The translations under genes and the position numbers were made by a program. 64,000 nt of DNA from Polyangiaceae bacterium (GTDB taxonomy: Bacteria > Myxococcota_A > Polyangia > Polyangiales > Polyangiaceae): positions 64,001 to 128,000 of the forward strand of contig JAPSGB010000007.1 in assembly GCA_035063585.1 (NCBI GenBank), written 5' to 3'. Shown here in pieces: positions 11,186-23,226 of the stretch. Under the pieces are notes generated by a model. It was not told the origin of the DNA and searched no databases. It saw nothing but the letters and a program-made list of their open reading frames with translations. The first letter of the stretch is position 1, and every line of letters begins with the position of its first letter.

Positions 11186-12396
11186 CGGAGAGAGACTCGG
11201 CCGGACTGCCGAAGGACGCCGAGCGCCTGCTCGCGGGATGGGCCGCGACGACGCGGGACGCGGCGACGCTGGAGGAGCTCACCCGTCGAACCGACGCGCG
11301 CTGCGCCGAGACGGCGCCCGGCTCCACGCCCGACGAGCTGCTCGCCGCGCCGCTGCCGGAGAGCGCGAGCGACGGCTCGCTCGCGGCGCCGGCCGGAGCA
11401 TCGCCCGACTCCCTGCCCGCCCCGCGCGCGAGCAGCCCCGGGCTCGCCGGGATGAGCCTCGCGGCGCTCGCCGCGAGCGTGAGCGCGCAGACGCGCCCGG
11501 AGACGGAGGCCGACCTCGCGCGCGAGAGCCTGTCCTTGGCCTCGCAGTCGCGCCCGAGCGCGCGCGAGATCGCCGCCAGCCTCTCGGCGCGCCGCGCTGC
11601 GCCGTCGGTGCCGCCCGCGCCGTCGGCGCAGGTGCCCGCGAGCACCGCTGCACCGGCGCAGGCGGCGCCTCTGCCCGCTGCGGCCGCATCCGGGCGGAGC
11701 GGGTGGCTGATCGGCGGCGCCGCGCTGCTCGCGCTCGCCGCGGCGCTCGTGCTCATGCTCGGTCGCCGAGCGCCCGCGCCGTCGGCGACCGCGATCGTGC
11801 TCGCGAATGCCAGCGCGCCGGCCGCATCGGCGCCACCCGAGCTCCTCGAGCCCCCCGACCAGGGCGCCGCGACGCCGAGCCCGCCCGGGGCTTCACCCAT
11901 CGCCGCGGCCGGCGCGAACGCGCCGCCGACCGCGCCGCGCGCGGCCGCCCCGGGCGAACATGTCGTCGCGGCCAAGCCGGCGGGCTCGGCGGGTCCGAGC
12001 GACCAGGAGCCGACGCCAGAGAAGATCACGCTCGCGGAGACCCCGGAACCCGCGAACCTCGCCCCCCGGCCAGCCGCTCCCGCGGCAAAGGAGGACGAGC
12101 CGGAGCCCGGCACGCCCGCGGCCGGCGAGAGCGCGCCCGAGAAGCCGTCATCCGGCGACATCCAGGCCGCGATCGCCTCGGTGCTCGGCGGGGCGCGCGC
12201 CTGCGTCGCGGGGCAGGAGGCGCCGTCCAAAGCCACCATCGTCTTCGGCTCCGACGGCCGCGTCCAGAGCGTGACCGTTACCGGTCCAGCGGCCGGCACG
12301 CCGTCGGCGGACTGCATCCGCGCGGCGCTCAGCCGGGCGCGGGTGCACCGATTCACCCGCCCGAGCTTCTCGGTCGGGACCGCCATCCGCCCCTGA
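11182..12396 (+). CDS. Single-pass membrane protein with Pro/Ala linker and C-terminal TonB_C/AgmX-like domain; candidate anti-sigma factor
   Basis: ATGA overlap with the ECF gene; TM WLIGGAALLALAAALVLML; C-terminal ARACV...FGSDGRVQSVTV...ADCIRAALSRARV. Confidence 0.7.
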   Translation: MTERDSAGLPKDAERLLAGWAATTRDAATLEELTRRTDARCAETAPGSTPDELLAAPLPESASDGSLAAPAGASPDSLPAPRASSPGLAGMSLAALAASVSAQTRPETEADLARESLSLASQSRPSAREIAASLSARRAAPSVPPAPSAQVPASTAAPAQAAPLPAAAASGRSGWLIGGAALLALAAALVLMLGRRAPAPSATAIVLANASAPAASAPPELLEPPDQGAATPSPPGASPIAAAGANAPPTAPRAAAPGEHVVAAKPAGSAGPSDQEPTPEKITLAETPEPANLAPRPAAPAAKEDEPEPGTPAAGESAPEKPSSGDIQAAIASVLGGARACVAGQEAPSKATIVFGSDGRVQSVTVTGPAAGTPSADCIRAALSRARVHRFTRPSFSVGTAIRP

Positions 12397-12457
12397 GCCC
12401 GCGCGGAGCGCAGCCGCGGGGCGTCGCGGCGCTCGGCCGAAGCGAGCGGCGAGCGCG

Positions 12458-12486
12458 TTGACAAGCCCGGAAGCTTCGCCCATATT
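12458..12486 (+). promoter_or_regulatory. Sigma70-type promoter of the small ORF-rpsT unit
   Basis: TTGACA (12458-12463), 17 bp spacer, CATATT (12481-12486). Confidence 0.8.
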
Positions 12487-12531
12487 CCGCCCTCCCGCGG
12501 GGTCGCGGAGTGTGTCTCGAGGTTAGAATCG

Positions 12532-12702
12532 ATGGTTTCGTCCACCCAGCAGACCGAGCGTCGCCGCAAGATCAACAGCTCACGCAACGGGCGCGACAAG
12601 AAGCGCGCGCGCGCCAAGCACAGCACCCAGGCGTTCGCCGTGCACCCGGCTGGCTACGACGCCGCGGCGCCGGACGCGCGGAAATCGACCCAAGGATCTT
12701 GA
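12532..12702 (+). CDS. Small basic protein, 56 aa (not in the ORF track)
   Basis: MVSSTQQTERRRKINSSRNGRDKKRARAKHSTQAFAVHPAGYDAAAPDARKSTQGS*; GAGGT SD-like site upstream; codons mostly end in G/C; stop 3 nt before the rpsT ATG. Confidence 0.75.
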   Translation: MVSSTQQTERRRKINSSRNGRDKKRARAKHSTQAFAVHPAGYDAAAPDARKSTQGS

Positions 12703-12705
12703 ACG

Positions 12706-12972
12706 ATGGCAAACCACCCTTCCGCAGCCAAGCGCAACCGCCAGCGGCTCGTCCGCGCCGAACGCAACAAGTCGATCCGCAGCGCGGTGCGCACCGCGGT
12801 GAAGAAGGCGCGTGCCGCCGCCGTGCGCGGTGACGAGTCGGCGAAGGCACTCATGATCGCGGCCGAGGGCGCGCTCGCGCGCGCGGCGAGCAAGGGCGTG
12901 CTGTCGCGCAAGAGCGCCTCGCGCACCACCTCGCGGATCAACATCGCCGCGAACAAGGTCAAGTCGGGCTGA
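12706..12972 (+). CDS. rpsT: 30S ribosomal protein bS20
   Basis: MANHPSAAKRNRQ...RNKSIRSAVRTAVKK...ASKGVLSRKSASRTTSRI. Confidence 0.97.
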   Translation: MANHPSAAKRNRQRLVRAERNKSIRSAVRTAVKKARAAAVRGDESAKALMIAAEGALARAASKGVLSRKSASRTTSRINIAANKVKSG

Positions 12973-12979
12973 GGCGCGG

Positions 12980-13000
12980 CGAGCCGGCGGCGCCGGCTCG
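12980..13000 (+). terminator. GC hairpin after rpsT (possible terminator, no U tract)
   Basis: CGAGCCGGCG-G-CGCCGGCTCG palindrome starting 8 nt after the stop. Confidence 0.4.
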
Positions 13001-13036
13001 GCTCGGAGCCCGTGCTACCCTGCGCGGTAGCTCGGA

Positions 13037-14275
<1,239 letters not shown>

Positions 14276-14317
14276 CGCCGAGCGCGGGGCGCGACTAAGC
14301 TCGCGCCTCATCCGATC

Positions 14318-15868
14318 ATGCGGCGGCGAACCCTGACGAGAGCTCGAGCGACGCGGCTCGCCGCGCTGGCGCTCACCGGGGCGCTCTCGCTGACCCGCGG
14401 CGCGAGCGCGCAGGGGGCTTCCGCGCCGGACCAACCAACCCCCACCTACGACGAGCACGCGGAGGCGACCCGACACTTCGAGCTCGGGGTGAAGCTATAT
14501 CGCGACGGTAACTGGGCAGGCGCGCTCGCCGAGTTCGAGGCGACCTATCGCCTGAAGCCCGGCGCGTCGTCGCTGCAGAACGTCGCGCTCTGCCTGAAGC
14601 AGCTCTTCCGTTACGCGGAGGCCGCCGACACCCTCGAGCGGCTGCTCGCGCGCCACGGCGCCGAGCTCGACGACGCGCAGCGGCGGAACGTGAAGGCCGC
14701 CATCCTGGAACTCTCGAGCCTGGTCGGGTCGATCGTCATCTCGGTGGTGCCGGCTAGCGCCAAGCTCAGCGTCGACGGGCGCGCGCTGGACGCGACCCTG
14801 CGCGCCGCGGGCGTTCGCCTGAACGTCGGCGAGCACACCGTGGTGGCCGAAGAGGATGGCTACCAGCGCCTGACGACGGTGGTGCGAGTGGCCGGCGGTC
14901 AGCGGCTGACGCCGGTAGCGCTCGAGCTCGTGCCGACCGGCGGGTTCGTGACCATCGAGACCGGGGACCGCGACGCTGCGATCGCCGTCGACGGCAAGCC
15001 GCTCGCGTTCCACGAGTGGCGCGGACCACTCCCGGTCGGACGCCACTACGTGCAGGTGTATAGGCAAGGCTACGTGACCTTCGAGCAGGTGTTCGGCGTC
15101 GCGCTCGGCGAGACGATCTCGGTGACCGCGACCCTCGAGCCGCTGCCGCCGGACGATGACGAGCCGGCGCGCGCCCCGAGCGCGGCGCCGCCCGCGCTCC
15201 TCGGCTGGTATGGGCTCGCCGTGCTCGATTTCCTGGGGCTCGACGGCGCCCCCGGCGGCATCAGCCAGGGCGGCCCCGAGGAAGAACGCGGCGGGCTCAT
15301 GGGCGGCGTGCGCGCCGGCTACCGGCTGTGGACGCCGGTCGGCGTGGAGCTCATGCTGGAGGCCGGGCGACACCGCGTGACCGACGCTTGCGTCACCGAG
15401 CAGCACCACTCGTGCGCGGACGGGATCACACGCAGCTACACGTTTTCCTCGTTTCGGCTCGGCCCAGCGCTCCGCATCCTGAGCGGCGGTGAGCGGCTGC
15501 GCTTCACCTCGACCCTCGGCGCCGGCGCGGTGCAGCACGAGCTCGCCTATGACGCCCCTCGGCAGGGCGGCGCGGTGAGCCCTGCGACGCGCGCGCTGCG
15601 TCAAGACGACGCGGCGCAAGGCTGGGATCCGTTCTTCTCGCTCGAGGTCGGCGCGCAGCTGAACCTCGGGCACTGGCTCGTCGAGGCCAACGTGACCGCG
15701 CTCCTCGACGGGGCGAGCAACGTCGAGGCGGCCGGCTGGCGCCCGTACGAGGCCACCGGCGGGCTCAAGATGCTCGGGCTCGGGCTGCGCGCCGGCTGGG
15801 GCGAGTGGGTCCCGTCGGGCGCGCCCACCACCCGCTCCGCGTACAGCCACGCGCCGTCCTTGTGGTAA
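14318..15868 (+). CDS. Secreted TPR + PEGA domain protein
   Basis: Signal peptide; TPR-like [25 protein letters not shown] repeats (LSVDG...[17 protein letters not shown]...[12 protein letters not shown]); beta-rich C-terminus. Typical partner of myxobacterial kinases. Confidence 0.8.
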   Translation: MRRRTLTRARATRLAALALTGALSLTRGASAQGASAPDQPTPTYDEHAEATRHFELGVKLYRDGNWAGALAEFEATYRLKPGASSLQNVALCLKQLFRYAEAADTLERLLARHGAELDDAQRRNVKAAILELSSLVGSIVISVVPASAKLSVDGRALDATLRAAGVRLNVGEHTVVAEEDGYQRLTTVVRVAGGQRLTPVALELVPTGGFVTIETGDRDAAIAVDGKPLAFHEWRGPLPVGRHYVQVYRQGYVTFEQVFGVALGETISVTATLEPLPPDDDEPARAPSAAPPALLGWYGLAVLDFLGLDGAPGGISQGGPEEERGGLMGGVRAGYRLWTPVGVELMLEAGRHRVTDACVTEQHHSCADGITRSYTFSSFRLGPALRILSGGERLRFTSTLGAGAVQHELAYDAPRQGGAVSPATRALRQDDAAQGWDPFFSLEVGAQLNLGHWLVEANVTALLDGASNVEAAGWRPYEATGGLKMLGLGLRAGWGEWVPSGAPTTRSAYSHAPSLW

Positions 15869-15906
15869 GACGAATCGTCCTGCACCACTCGACGAGGGGC
15901 TCCACC

Positions 15907-17877
15907 ATGACAGACGATCCGAAGACGATCTCGACGTTCTCGAGCGAAGAGCGACACTTCGAGCCCAGCCCGGAGTTTCGCGCGCGCGCGCGCATCAAGA
16001 GCGCCGCGGAGTACCAAGCGCTCTATCACGAGAGCATCGACCACCCCGAGACGTTCTGGGAGCGAGAGACCAGCGAGCTCGTGTTTCACACGCGCGCCCG
16101 GGCGATGCTCGAGTGGAACCTGCCCCACGCGAAGTGGTTCGTCGGCGCGACCCTGAACGCCAGCGAGAGCTGCCTCGATCGCCACCTCGCGACCGCGACC
16201 AAGGACAAGATCGCGCTCGTCTGGGAGGGCGAACCCGGAGACAGCGCGACGTTCAGCTACGCCGAGCTCCACCGTGAGGTGGTGGCCCTCGCCGCCACGC
16301 TGCGCGGCCTCGGGATTGGAAAGGGAGACCGGGTCGCCATCTACATGGGCATGGTGCCGGAGGTGGTGGTCGCCATGCTCGCCTGCGCCCGCATCGGCGC
16401 GCCGCACAGCGTGGTGTTCGGCGGGTTCGCCGCCGAGAGCCTGCGCGATCGCATCAACGACTGCGGCGCACGGCTGGTCTTGACCCAGGATGGCGCGTGG
16501 CGCCGCGGGCACGTGGTGCCGCTGAAGGCCACCGTGGACCGCGCGCTAGAGAGCGCGCCGAGTGTGGAGAAGGTCCTCGTCTTACGCCGGATCGGCGAGG
16601 AGCGGGCCCCCATCGACATGAAGCCGGGGCGCGATCTCGACTGGGAGGAGGCGATCCGCGCAGCCGACCCGGCGAGAGGCGAGGCTCCCGAGATCGTGGA
16701 CGCCGAGCACCCGCTCTTCATCCTCTACACCTCGGGCTCCACCGGCAAGCCGAAGGGCGTGCTCCACACCACGGCCGGGTTTCTCGCTGGGGTGCACGTC
16801 ACGACGAAATACGTGTTCGATCTGCGCGACGACGACGTCTACTGGTGTACCGCCGACGTCGGCTGGGTGACCGGGCACAGCTACACCGTGTACGGTCCGC
16901 TCTCGAACGGCGCGACCGCGGTGATGTACGAGGGCGCCCCGAATTTCCCGGACTGGGGCCGCTTCTGGGAGCTCATCGACAAGCACCGCGTGTCGATCCT
17001 CTATACCGCGCCGACCGCGATCCGCGCCTTCATCCGCCAGGGCACCAGCTACCTCGAGAAGGCGGACCTCTCCAGCCTGCGCCTGCTCGGCTCGGTGGGG
17101 GAGCCCATCAACCCGGAGGCGTGGATCTGGTACTACGAGAACGTCGGTCGCAAGCGCTGTCCCATCGTCGACACCTGGTGGCAGACCGAGACGGGGATGA
17201 TCATGATGACCACGCTCCCGGGCGCGCACTTCGCGAAGCCCGGCTCGACCGGGCTCCCGTTCTTCGGCGTAAAGCCCGCCGTGGTGCAGAGCGACGGCAC
17301 CGAGCTCGGCCCGAACCAGGGCGGGCTGCTCGTCATCCAGCGGCCCTGGCCGGCGATGCTCCGCACCATCTGGGGGGATGACGAGCGTTACGAGAAGCAA
17401 TACTTCTCCGAGGTCTCGAACGCGTACTTCAGCGGCGACGGCGCGCGACGCGATGAGGACGGCTACTTTCACGTGGTGGGCCGCATCGACGACGTGCTCA
17501 ACGTCGCCGGACACCGCATCGGCACCGCAGAGATCGAGAGCGCGCTGGTCGCACACCCGGCGGTGGCCGAGGCTGCCGCCGTCGGGCGGCCCGACGACCT
17601 CAAGGGGCAGTCGCTGGTCGTGTTCGTCACGCTCAAACCGCCGGCCGAGGCGAGCGACGAGATGCGCGCCGCGCTCGCCGAGCACGTCGGCGCCGAGATC
17701 GGGAAATTTGCGCGCCCGGACGAGGTGCGCTTCGCGGACGGCCTGCCCAAGACGCGGAGCGGGAAGATCATGCGTCGGCTACTCAAGGACATCGCCGCCG
17801 GGCGCGGCGCGCAGGGCGACCTCTCGACCCTCGAGGACGCGCGCGTGCTCGACGAGCTCAGCCGAAGCGAGGAGTGA
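15907..17877 (+). CDS. acs: Acetyl-CoA synthetase
   Basis: [61 protein letters not shown]. Confidence 0.97.
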   Translation: MTDDPKTISTFSSEERHFEPSPEFRARARIKSAAEYQALYHESIDHPETFWERETSELVFHTRARAMLEWNLPHAKWFVGATLNASESCLDRHLATATKDKIALVWEGEPGDSATFSYAELHREVVALAATLRGLGIGKGDRVAIYMGMVPEVVVAMLACARIGAPHSVVFGGFAAESLRDRINDCGARLVLTQDGAWRRGHVVPLKATVDRALESAPSVEKVLVLRRIGEERAPIDMKPGRDLDWEEAIRAADPARGEAPEIVDAEHPLFILYTSGSTGKPKGVLHTTAGFLAGVHVTTKYVFDLRDDDVYWCTADVGWVTGHSYTVYGPLSNGATAVMYEGAPNFPDWGRFWELIDKHRVSILYTAPTAIRAFIRQGTSYLEKADLSSLRLLGSVGEPINPEAWIWYYENVGRKRCPIVDTWWQTETGMIMMTTLPGAHFAKPGSTGLPFFGVKPAVVQSDGTELGPNQGGLLVIQRPWPAMLRTIWGDDERYEKQYFSEVSNAYFSGDGARRDEDGYFHVVGRIDDVLNVAGHRIGTAEIESALVAHPAVAEAAAVGRPDDLKGQSLVVFVTLKPPAEASDEMRAALAEHVGAEIGKFARPDEVRFADGLPKTRSGKIMRRLLKDIAAGRGAQGDLSTLEDARVLDELSRSEE

Positions 17878-18578
17878 GCTCCCCGAGCACGCCCTGGGCC
17901 GGCGCGTCGCTCGTGGCGCTGCTGGCGCTCATCGGCTGCGACGCGCGGCGCGCGGCGCCGACCACGTCCGACGCGCCCTCGCTCTCCGGCGCGTGGCGGA
18001 TCGGCGCCGGGACGAACCCCGACGGCAGCGGCTATAGCGGCCGAGTGGAGGTCCGCGACGCAGGCGGCAACTACCTCATCGCGTGGGAGGTTGCCGGGAT
18101 CCTGCCGTATCACGGGGTCGGGCTCCGGCTCGGAGACTGGCTCGCCGCGGCGCGCGCGCCCGGCGACGACGCGGAGCTCATCGCCTACGAAGTCGACGGC
18201 GGGCACCTGGTCGGACGGAGCGCCGCGATGAGAGCGCCGGGCAAGCTCGGCGTCGAGACGCTCGAGGGACGCCCGGGCGTGAGCGGGAGCTACCGGATCG
18301 TCACCGCGCGTGCGGCGGGCGGCGGCAGCTACGCGGGGCGCGTCACCATCACGCCGACGGGCCCCTCGCTTCGCCTGCGCTGGGAGCTCGGCGCCGCCAC
18401 GCTCGAGGGCGTCGGGCTACTCGAGGGGCGCATGCTCGTCGCGGGGCGAGCGTCCAGCGGCGCGGGTGTCGCGCTCTATCATCGCGCGGGAGCGTCCCTC
18501 GAGGGCCGGTGGGCGACCTCGCGGAGCGCCACGCTCGGCAGCGAGACGCTCGAGCGATCGGACGCCGCCGCCGACTGA
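17874..18578 (+). CDS. Hypothetical lipoprotein with an internal duplication of a beta-rich domain
   Basis: GTGA overlap with acs; lipobox LIGC; repeats [23 protein letters not shown] and [23 protein letters not shown], each half ending in G(V/S)ETLE. Confidence 0.7.
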   Translation: MSSPSTPWAGASLVALLALIGCDARRAAPTTSDAPSLSGAWRIGAGTNPDGSGYSGRVEVRDAGGNYLIAWEVAGILPYHGVGLRLGDWLAAARAPGDDAELIAYEVDGGHLVGRSAAMRAPGKLGVETLEGRPGVSGSYRIVTARAAGGGSYAGRVTITPTGPSLRLRWELGAATLEGVGLLEGRMLVAGRASSGAGVALYHRAGASLEGRWATSRSATLGSETLERSDAAAD

Positions 18579-18617
18579 GCCGGCACCGCCGGGGGGGAGC
18601 GCGCCGCGCGACCGGGC

Positions 18618-19958
18618 TCAGACGAGCTCGATGAGCTCGCGCAGGATGACGAATCCGTCCTCGAAGTCGCGGAGCTTCGCCTGCTCGTTGGGGGCGTGAT
18701 AGTAGATGCTGCGGCCGAACCCGGTGATCTGGACGTCGAAGCCGCTGCGCTGGAGATCGCGCACCAGCGGCAGCGAGCCGGTCATGCTGTACGGAGCGAC
18801 CGCGTCGGCGCCGCGAGCCGAGCGCATGGCTCGCTCGAGCGCGGCGAGCCCCGGCGACTCGAGATCACAGGCGATGCCTTCCATGAAGCGGCCCTTCTGC
18901 GTGAGGGCGAGGTGCCCGGACTCCCCGTTTACGGTGCGGGTGCGCGGGAAGCCCGCCGGCGGATCGCCGCGCTGGATCCGCTCGTCGAGCTTTTTCACGA
19001 AGTCGATGGCGCCGGCGACCGCCGCGTTCATGTCATAGAAGGGGACCAGCCGGATGTCGCCGCTCACGGTGACGGCGCCAGGGATCTTCGACGTCTTCTG
19101 GTTCGCGGCGTTGATGACCGTCGCCTTCAGGGTGCTCGAGGAGAGAAAGCCGTAGCGGGCCTCGTCCGGGTGCGTCGGGAAGGCTCCCCGGAACCACTCG
19201 CCCAGCGCGAGGGTGGTCGCCATGGCGAGCTCGAGCGCGTTCACGCAGTTGTGGGTGAGGCCCGAGTGGCCGGGCACGCCCTCGACCGCGAGCTCCCACA
19301 TGCACATGCCGCCGGTGCCGACGGTCGGCCCGAAATCCGCGCTGTCGAGCCAGTAGATCGGCCCGCCGCGGAGCGCGTCGAGGTGCCCTGCGCCGACCAC
19401 GTAGTCGAGCCCGATCTCGGGGAGCGGCGCCTCCTCCTCGTTCGAGATGAGGACGACCGAGACGGTGCGGCGCGGGCGGCGGCCGCTCTCGGCGAGCCAG
19501 CGGAGATACTCGGTGAGCAGCGCGACGTGACCGAGGCAGTCGGTGACACCGCGAGCGTAGAGCGTGCCGTCATCCTCGACGCGCAGCTCGAACGGATCGT
19601 GCGTCCAACCCTCCCCCTCGCGGTCCGCCGGGACGACGTCGAAGTGTGCGCCGACCAGCCCGATGGTGCCCGCCTCGGCGCCCGTCACGGTGAGCATCAG
19701 GTTCGGGCGCGCCTCATGGCCGGGCGCCGCGAGGCGCTCGGCGCGTATGAACCCGCGCTCGATGTGCGGGCGAAGCTCCTCGAGCACGACCTCGGCCGCC
19801 AGGCGCTCCTCCGGGATGAGCCCGACCCCCGGCGAGTTCTGAAGCCGCGGCGTGAGCGCGATCAGGCGGCGGAGGATGTCGATGAAGCGGGCCCGGTCCA
19901 AGGTCTCGGTGTTCACGAGTCGAGTGCCGATCTGCCAGGATCCACCGGGATCCGTCAA
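18618..19958 (-). CDS. M20-family metallopeptidase / acetylornithine deacetylase-like
   Basis: GAHFDVVPA, RGVTDCLGH, SNEEE, GHSG, YHAPNE metal-binding motifs. Confidence 0.88.
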   Translation of the reverse strand: MTDPGGSWQIGTRLVNTETLDRARFIDILRRLIALTPRLQNSPGVGLIPEERLAAEVVLEELRPHIERGFIRAERLAAPGHEARPNLMLTVTGAEAGTIGLVGAHFDVVPADREGEGWTHDPFELRVEDDGTLYARGVTDCLGHVALLTEYLRWLAESGRRPRRTVSVVLISNEEEAPLPEIGLDYVVGAGHLDALRGGPIYWLDSADFGPTVGTGGMCMWELAVEGVPGHSGLTHNCVNALELAMATTLALGEWFRGAFPTHPDEARYGFLSSSTLKATVINAANQKTSKIPGAVTVSGDIRLVPFYDMNAAVAGAIDFVKKLDERIQRGDPPAGFPRTRTVNGESGHLALTQKGRFMEGIACDLESPGLAALERAMRSARGADAVAPYSMTGSLPLVRDLQRSGFDVQITGFGRSIYYHAPNEQAKLRDFEDGFVILRELIELV

Positions 19959-20014
19959 TCAATATGCGCCCCGGAGGGCGGCCCCTCCGGGTCTCGGCTA
20001 TGCTCGGTCGAGAG

Positions 20015-20779
20015 ATGCGCGCCATCATCATCGGCGCCGGACGCGGAAGCCGGCTCCGCCACGAGACCGATCACATCCCGAAGACGCTGGTCGAGGTCAT
20101 GGGCCGCCCGATGCTCGAGTGGATCCTCGAGGCGCTCGCGGCGGCCGGCATCGAGCGGCGGGACATCATCTTCATCAGCGGCTACGCGGAGGAGGCGGTG
20201 CGTTCGCGCTACCCCGAGCTCACCTTCGTCCGTAACGCGGACTGGGAGAAGAACAACATCCTCCTCTCGCTCCTCAGCGCGCGTGAGTTCCTGTCGGAGG
20301 GCTTCCTCTCGACCTACGCCGACATCATCTATGACGGCGAGGTAGCGAAACGGCTCGCGAGGAGCCCGCACGACATCGTGCTCGGCTGCGACACCGCGTG
20401 GCGGCGGCGCTATGTGAGCCGCAGCCAACACCCGGAGACGGACGCCGAGAAGATGCGAGTCGACGGCGACCGCGTGCTCGAGGTCGGACGGACCATCCCG
20501 AGCGAGGCCGCGGATGGCGAGTTCATCGGCGTCATGAAGCTCTCTCCTGCGGGGGCGCGCGAGCTCGTGCGAGCCTTCGACGCCGCGCGCGCCGAGCACG
20601 CGGGCCGTGTCTGGCGAGAGGGCCGCACCTTCGAGCGGGCTTACCTCATCGATCTCCTGGCGACCATGCTCGAGACCGGCAGCGTGATGCACCATGAGGA
20701 CACCCCGGGCGGCTACATGGAGATCGACACGCTCGAGGATCTCGAGCTGGCCGGCGGCTGGTGGAACCACCGCGCGTGA
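20015..20779 (+). CDS. Nucleotidyltransferase, LicC/phosphocholine cytidylyltransferase-like
   Basis: RAIIIGAGRGSRL...PKTLVEV, NNILLSL, YADI, GEFIGVMK, YMEIDTLEDL. Confidence 0.85.
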   Translation: MRAIIIGAGRGSRLRHETDHIPKTLVEVMGRPMLEWILEALAAAGIERRDIIFISGYAEEAVRSRYPELTFVRNADWEKNNILLSLLSAREFLSEGFLSTYADIIYDGEVAKRLARSPHDIVLGCDTAWRRRYVSRSQHPETDAEKMRVDGDRVLEVGRTIPSEAADGEFIGVMKLSPAGARELVRAFDAARAEHAGRVWREGRTFERAYLIDLLATMLETGSVMHHEDTPGGYMEIDTLEDLELAGGWWNHRA

Positions 20780-21552
20780 ACGAGACCATCAGCGACGCGC
20801 GCGCGCTCATCGAACGACTCGCCCGCGCTCGCGCCGGCGGACCGGGCGCGCTCGTGTTCGACGCCGACGGCACCCTCTGGTCCGGGGACGTGTCGGAAGA
20901 CACGTTCGAGTACGCGGTCTCGCGCGGACTCTTGCGCGCGGCTGCACGAGACGCGCTCGCCGAGGACGCTCGGGCCCACGGGCTCGAAGCGACCGGCGAT
21001 GCGTCACTGATCGCGGGGACCATCTTCCAGGCGTATCGTGATGGGCGCTATCCCGAGCGCGACGTGTGCAGGATGATGACGTGGTGCTACGCGGGCTTCA
21101 CGAGGGGGGAGCTCGACGCGCTCGGGCGCGAAGCGCTCGAGGCCGCAGGACTCGAGGCACGCACCAACCGCGCGCTCGAACCCGTCATCCTGTGGGCGCG
21201 GCGCGAGGGGTTCCAGCTCGCCGTGGTGAGCGCCTCTCCCGCGCCGCTGGTCGCGCTCGCCGCTCCCGCGCTGGGCTTCTCCCTGGGTGAAATCGCCGCC
21301 TCGACCCCGCGCTTCGACGCCGCGCGCATGGCGCCAGCGCTCTCCTTCGAGGTGCCATACGCCGAGTCCAAGCTCCCGGCCGCGCGCGCGCTCATCGGCG
21401 ACGCGGACTGGCTCGCGAGCTTCGGTGACAGCGCCTTCGACGAGGCGATGCTCCGCGCCGCACGCGTGGGCGTCGCGGTGCGCCCGAAGCCTGCGCTCCG
21501 CGCGCGGCTCGGCGAGCTCCCCCACGTCGTCATCTTCGACGCGGAGAGCTAG
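20776..21552 (+). CDS. HAD-superfamily phosphatase (phosphoserine phosphatase-like)
   Basis: Motif I FDADGTLW, motif II VSAS, motif IV FGDSAFDEAML; GTGA overlap with the upstream gene. Confidence 0.85.
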   Translation: MNETISDARALIERLARARAGGPGALVFDADGTLWSGDVSEDTFEYAVSRGLLRAAARDALAEDARAHGLEATGDASLIAGTIFQAYRDGRYPERDVCRMMTWCYAGFTRGELDALGREALEAAGLEARTNRALEPVILWARREGFQLAVVSASPAPLVALAAPALGFSLGEIAASTPRFDAARMAPALSFEVPYAESKLPAARALIGDADWLASFGDSAFDEAMLRAARVGVAVRPKPALRARLGELPHVVIFDAES

Positions 21553-21646
21553 CCCTCAGGAATTTTCCGCCGCGAGTCGAAGCAGGCGGCGACGCGGGCC
21601 GGAGCGGTTGTAGCCCCGCGCGCGGAGCGCTACTCCTCTGGCCTCG

Positions 21647-22369
21647 ATGACGATGAGCGCACGGCGAACTCTCGGCGGCTGGGCCGCCGCCCTCTCCCTC
21701 CTGGCCGGCTGCGGCAACTCCACCCCGCCCCCGAAGGCCGCGACCGAGGACGTCGCGCCGCAGCGGGCTCGCGGGGGTCCGGTCCCCGAGGTCAGCGCCG
21801 AGATCGGCGCCCTCGACGAGGACGCGGTGACCCGCACCTTCGCCGCGTCCCTCGGGAGCCTGCAGCGCTGTCTCGAGGCGGGCGCCAGGCGCGTCGAGTA
21901 CCTCGGCGGCTCGGTCGGCTTCGCCCTCGAAATCGACCAGAGCGGGGCGCTCGCGGACGCGCGCGTCTCCGAGTCCACGCTCGGGAGCCTCGAGACCGAG
22001 CAATGCATGCTCGACGCGCTCCGCAAGCAGAGCTGGCCCAAGCCGGTGGGCGGAAAGAAGGGGCTCGCCGGAAAATCGTTCGACTTCGAGCCGCCGAGTG
22101 ACGTGCGTGCTCCCACCGAGTGGTCGAGCGACCGCGTCGACGATACGCTCTCCAAGCTCTCGTCGAAAATCGCGAGCTGCAAGGAGAGCGCGGGCGGGAG
22201 CTTCACCGCGACGGTGTACGTCGACACCAGCGGCAAGGCGCTCTCGGTCGGCCTCGCCTGGTCCGAGCGCGGCGGCGAGGAGGCCGTGGAGTGCCTCGCC
22301 GCGCTCCTCCGCGAGGCGACCTATCCGTCGCCCGGGAGCTGGCCCGCCAAGGTGAGCTTCTCGCTCTGA
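21647..22369 (+). CDS. Lipoprotein with two AgmX/PglI/TonB_C-like domains
   Basis: Lipobox LAGC; LQRCLE...EQCMLDALRKQSWPKP and IASCKE...VECLAALLREATYPSP. Confidence 0.7.
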   Translation: MTMSARRTLGGWAAALSLLAGCGNSTPPPKAATEDVAPQRARGGPVPEVSAEIGALDEDAVTRTFAASLGSLQRCLEAGARRVEYLGGSVGFALEIDQSGALADARVSESTLGSLETEQCMLDALRKQSWPKPVGGKKGLAGKSFDFEPPSDVRAPTEWSSDRVDDTLSKLSSKIASCKESAGGSFTATVYVDTSGKALSVGLAWSERGGEEAVECLAALLREATYPSPGSWPAKVSFSL

Positions 22370-22382
22370 CTCGCGCTCTTCC

Positions 22383-23138
22383 ATGCTCGATCTGACCGGC
22401 AAGCGAGCGCTAGTGACCGGCGCCGGGCAGCGCCTCGGTCGCGCCATCGCCGAGGCGCTCGGCGCCGCCCGCATGCAGGTCGCCGTGCACTATCACGCGA
22501 GCGACGCGGGCGCGGCGGCGACCGCGAGCGTCATCACCGCGGCCGGCGGGCGCGCGGTGACGCTCCGCGCCGATCTCACCGATCGCGGCGCGGCGCGGCG
22601 GCTGGTTGCCGAGAGCGCGGACGCGCTCGGCGGGCTCGACTTGCTGGTCTCGAGCGCCGCCAACTTCGATCGCGTGCGCTGGAGCGAGGTCGATGACGCC
22701 GCTTGGGACCGCGCCCTCGCGCTGAACCTCACCGCTCCGTTCGAGCTCGCGCGCGCGGCGACACCGCTGCTCCGCGCGAGCCGAGGCTCGATGGTCTTCA
22801 TCACCTGCTCGAGCGCCACCGCCCCCTTCGCGAACCACGCCCCGTACGTCGTGTCGAAGGGTGCGCTCCGGGCGTTCATGCGCGTGCTCGCGCTCGAGCT
22901 CGCGCCCGAGGTCCGTGTGAACGCCGTCGCGCCGGGCACCGTGCTCCCTCCCCCGACGATGAGCCCGGACGCGGTCGCGCGGGTCGCCCGGCAGGCGCCG
23001 CTCGCGCGCGTCGGCTCCGCGGCGGACGTCGCCGAGGCGGTGCTCTACTTCGCTCGCGCGCCGTTCGTCACCGGGGAGGAGCTCCGGGTCGATGGCGGCC
23101 GCGGCGTCGCGCGCGTCCAGCCCCCGGGTGAGCGGTGA
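22383..23138 (+). CDS. SDR oxidoreductase, pteridine reductase-like
   Basis: [17 protein letters not shown] catalytic motif, [14 protein letters not shown]. Confidence 0.88.
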   Translation: MLDLTGKRALVTGAGQRLGRAIAEALGAARMQVAVHYHASDAGAAATASVITAAGGRAVTLRADLTDRGAARRLVAESADALGGLDLLVSSAANFDRVRWSEVDDAAWDRALALNLTAPFELARAATPLLRASRGSMVFITCSSATAPFANHAPYVVSKGALRAFMRVLALELAPEVRVNAVAPGTVLPPPTMSPDAVARVARQAPLARVGSAADVAEAVLYFARAPFVTGEELRVDGGRGVARVQPPGER

Positions 23139-23226
23139 GGCCGGCTCGGCGCCGGGCCGGCGCGTCCGAGGCGCGGCGCCCCGAGCCGCTGGCGCTCACG
23201 CGCTGCGTCCTCCACACTCTGCGCCC

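Noticed and set aside
12510..12833. 107-aa ORF in the track overlapping rpsT
   Set aside because: It overlaps rpsT out of frame. The 56-aa ORF at 12532..12702 has the SD site, the codon pattern and a clean fit.
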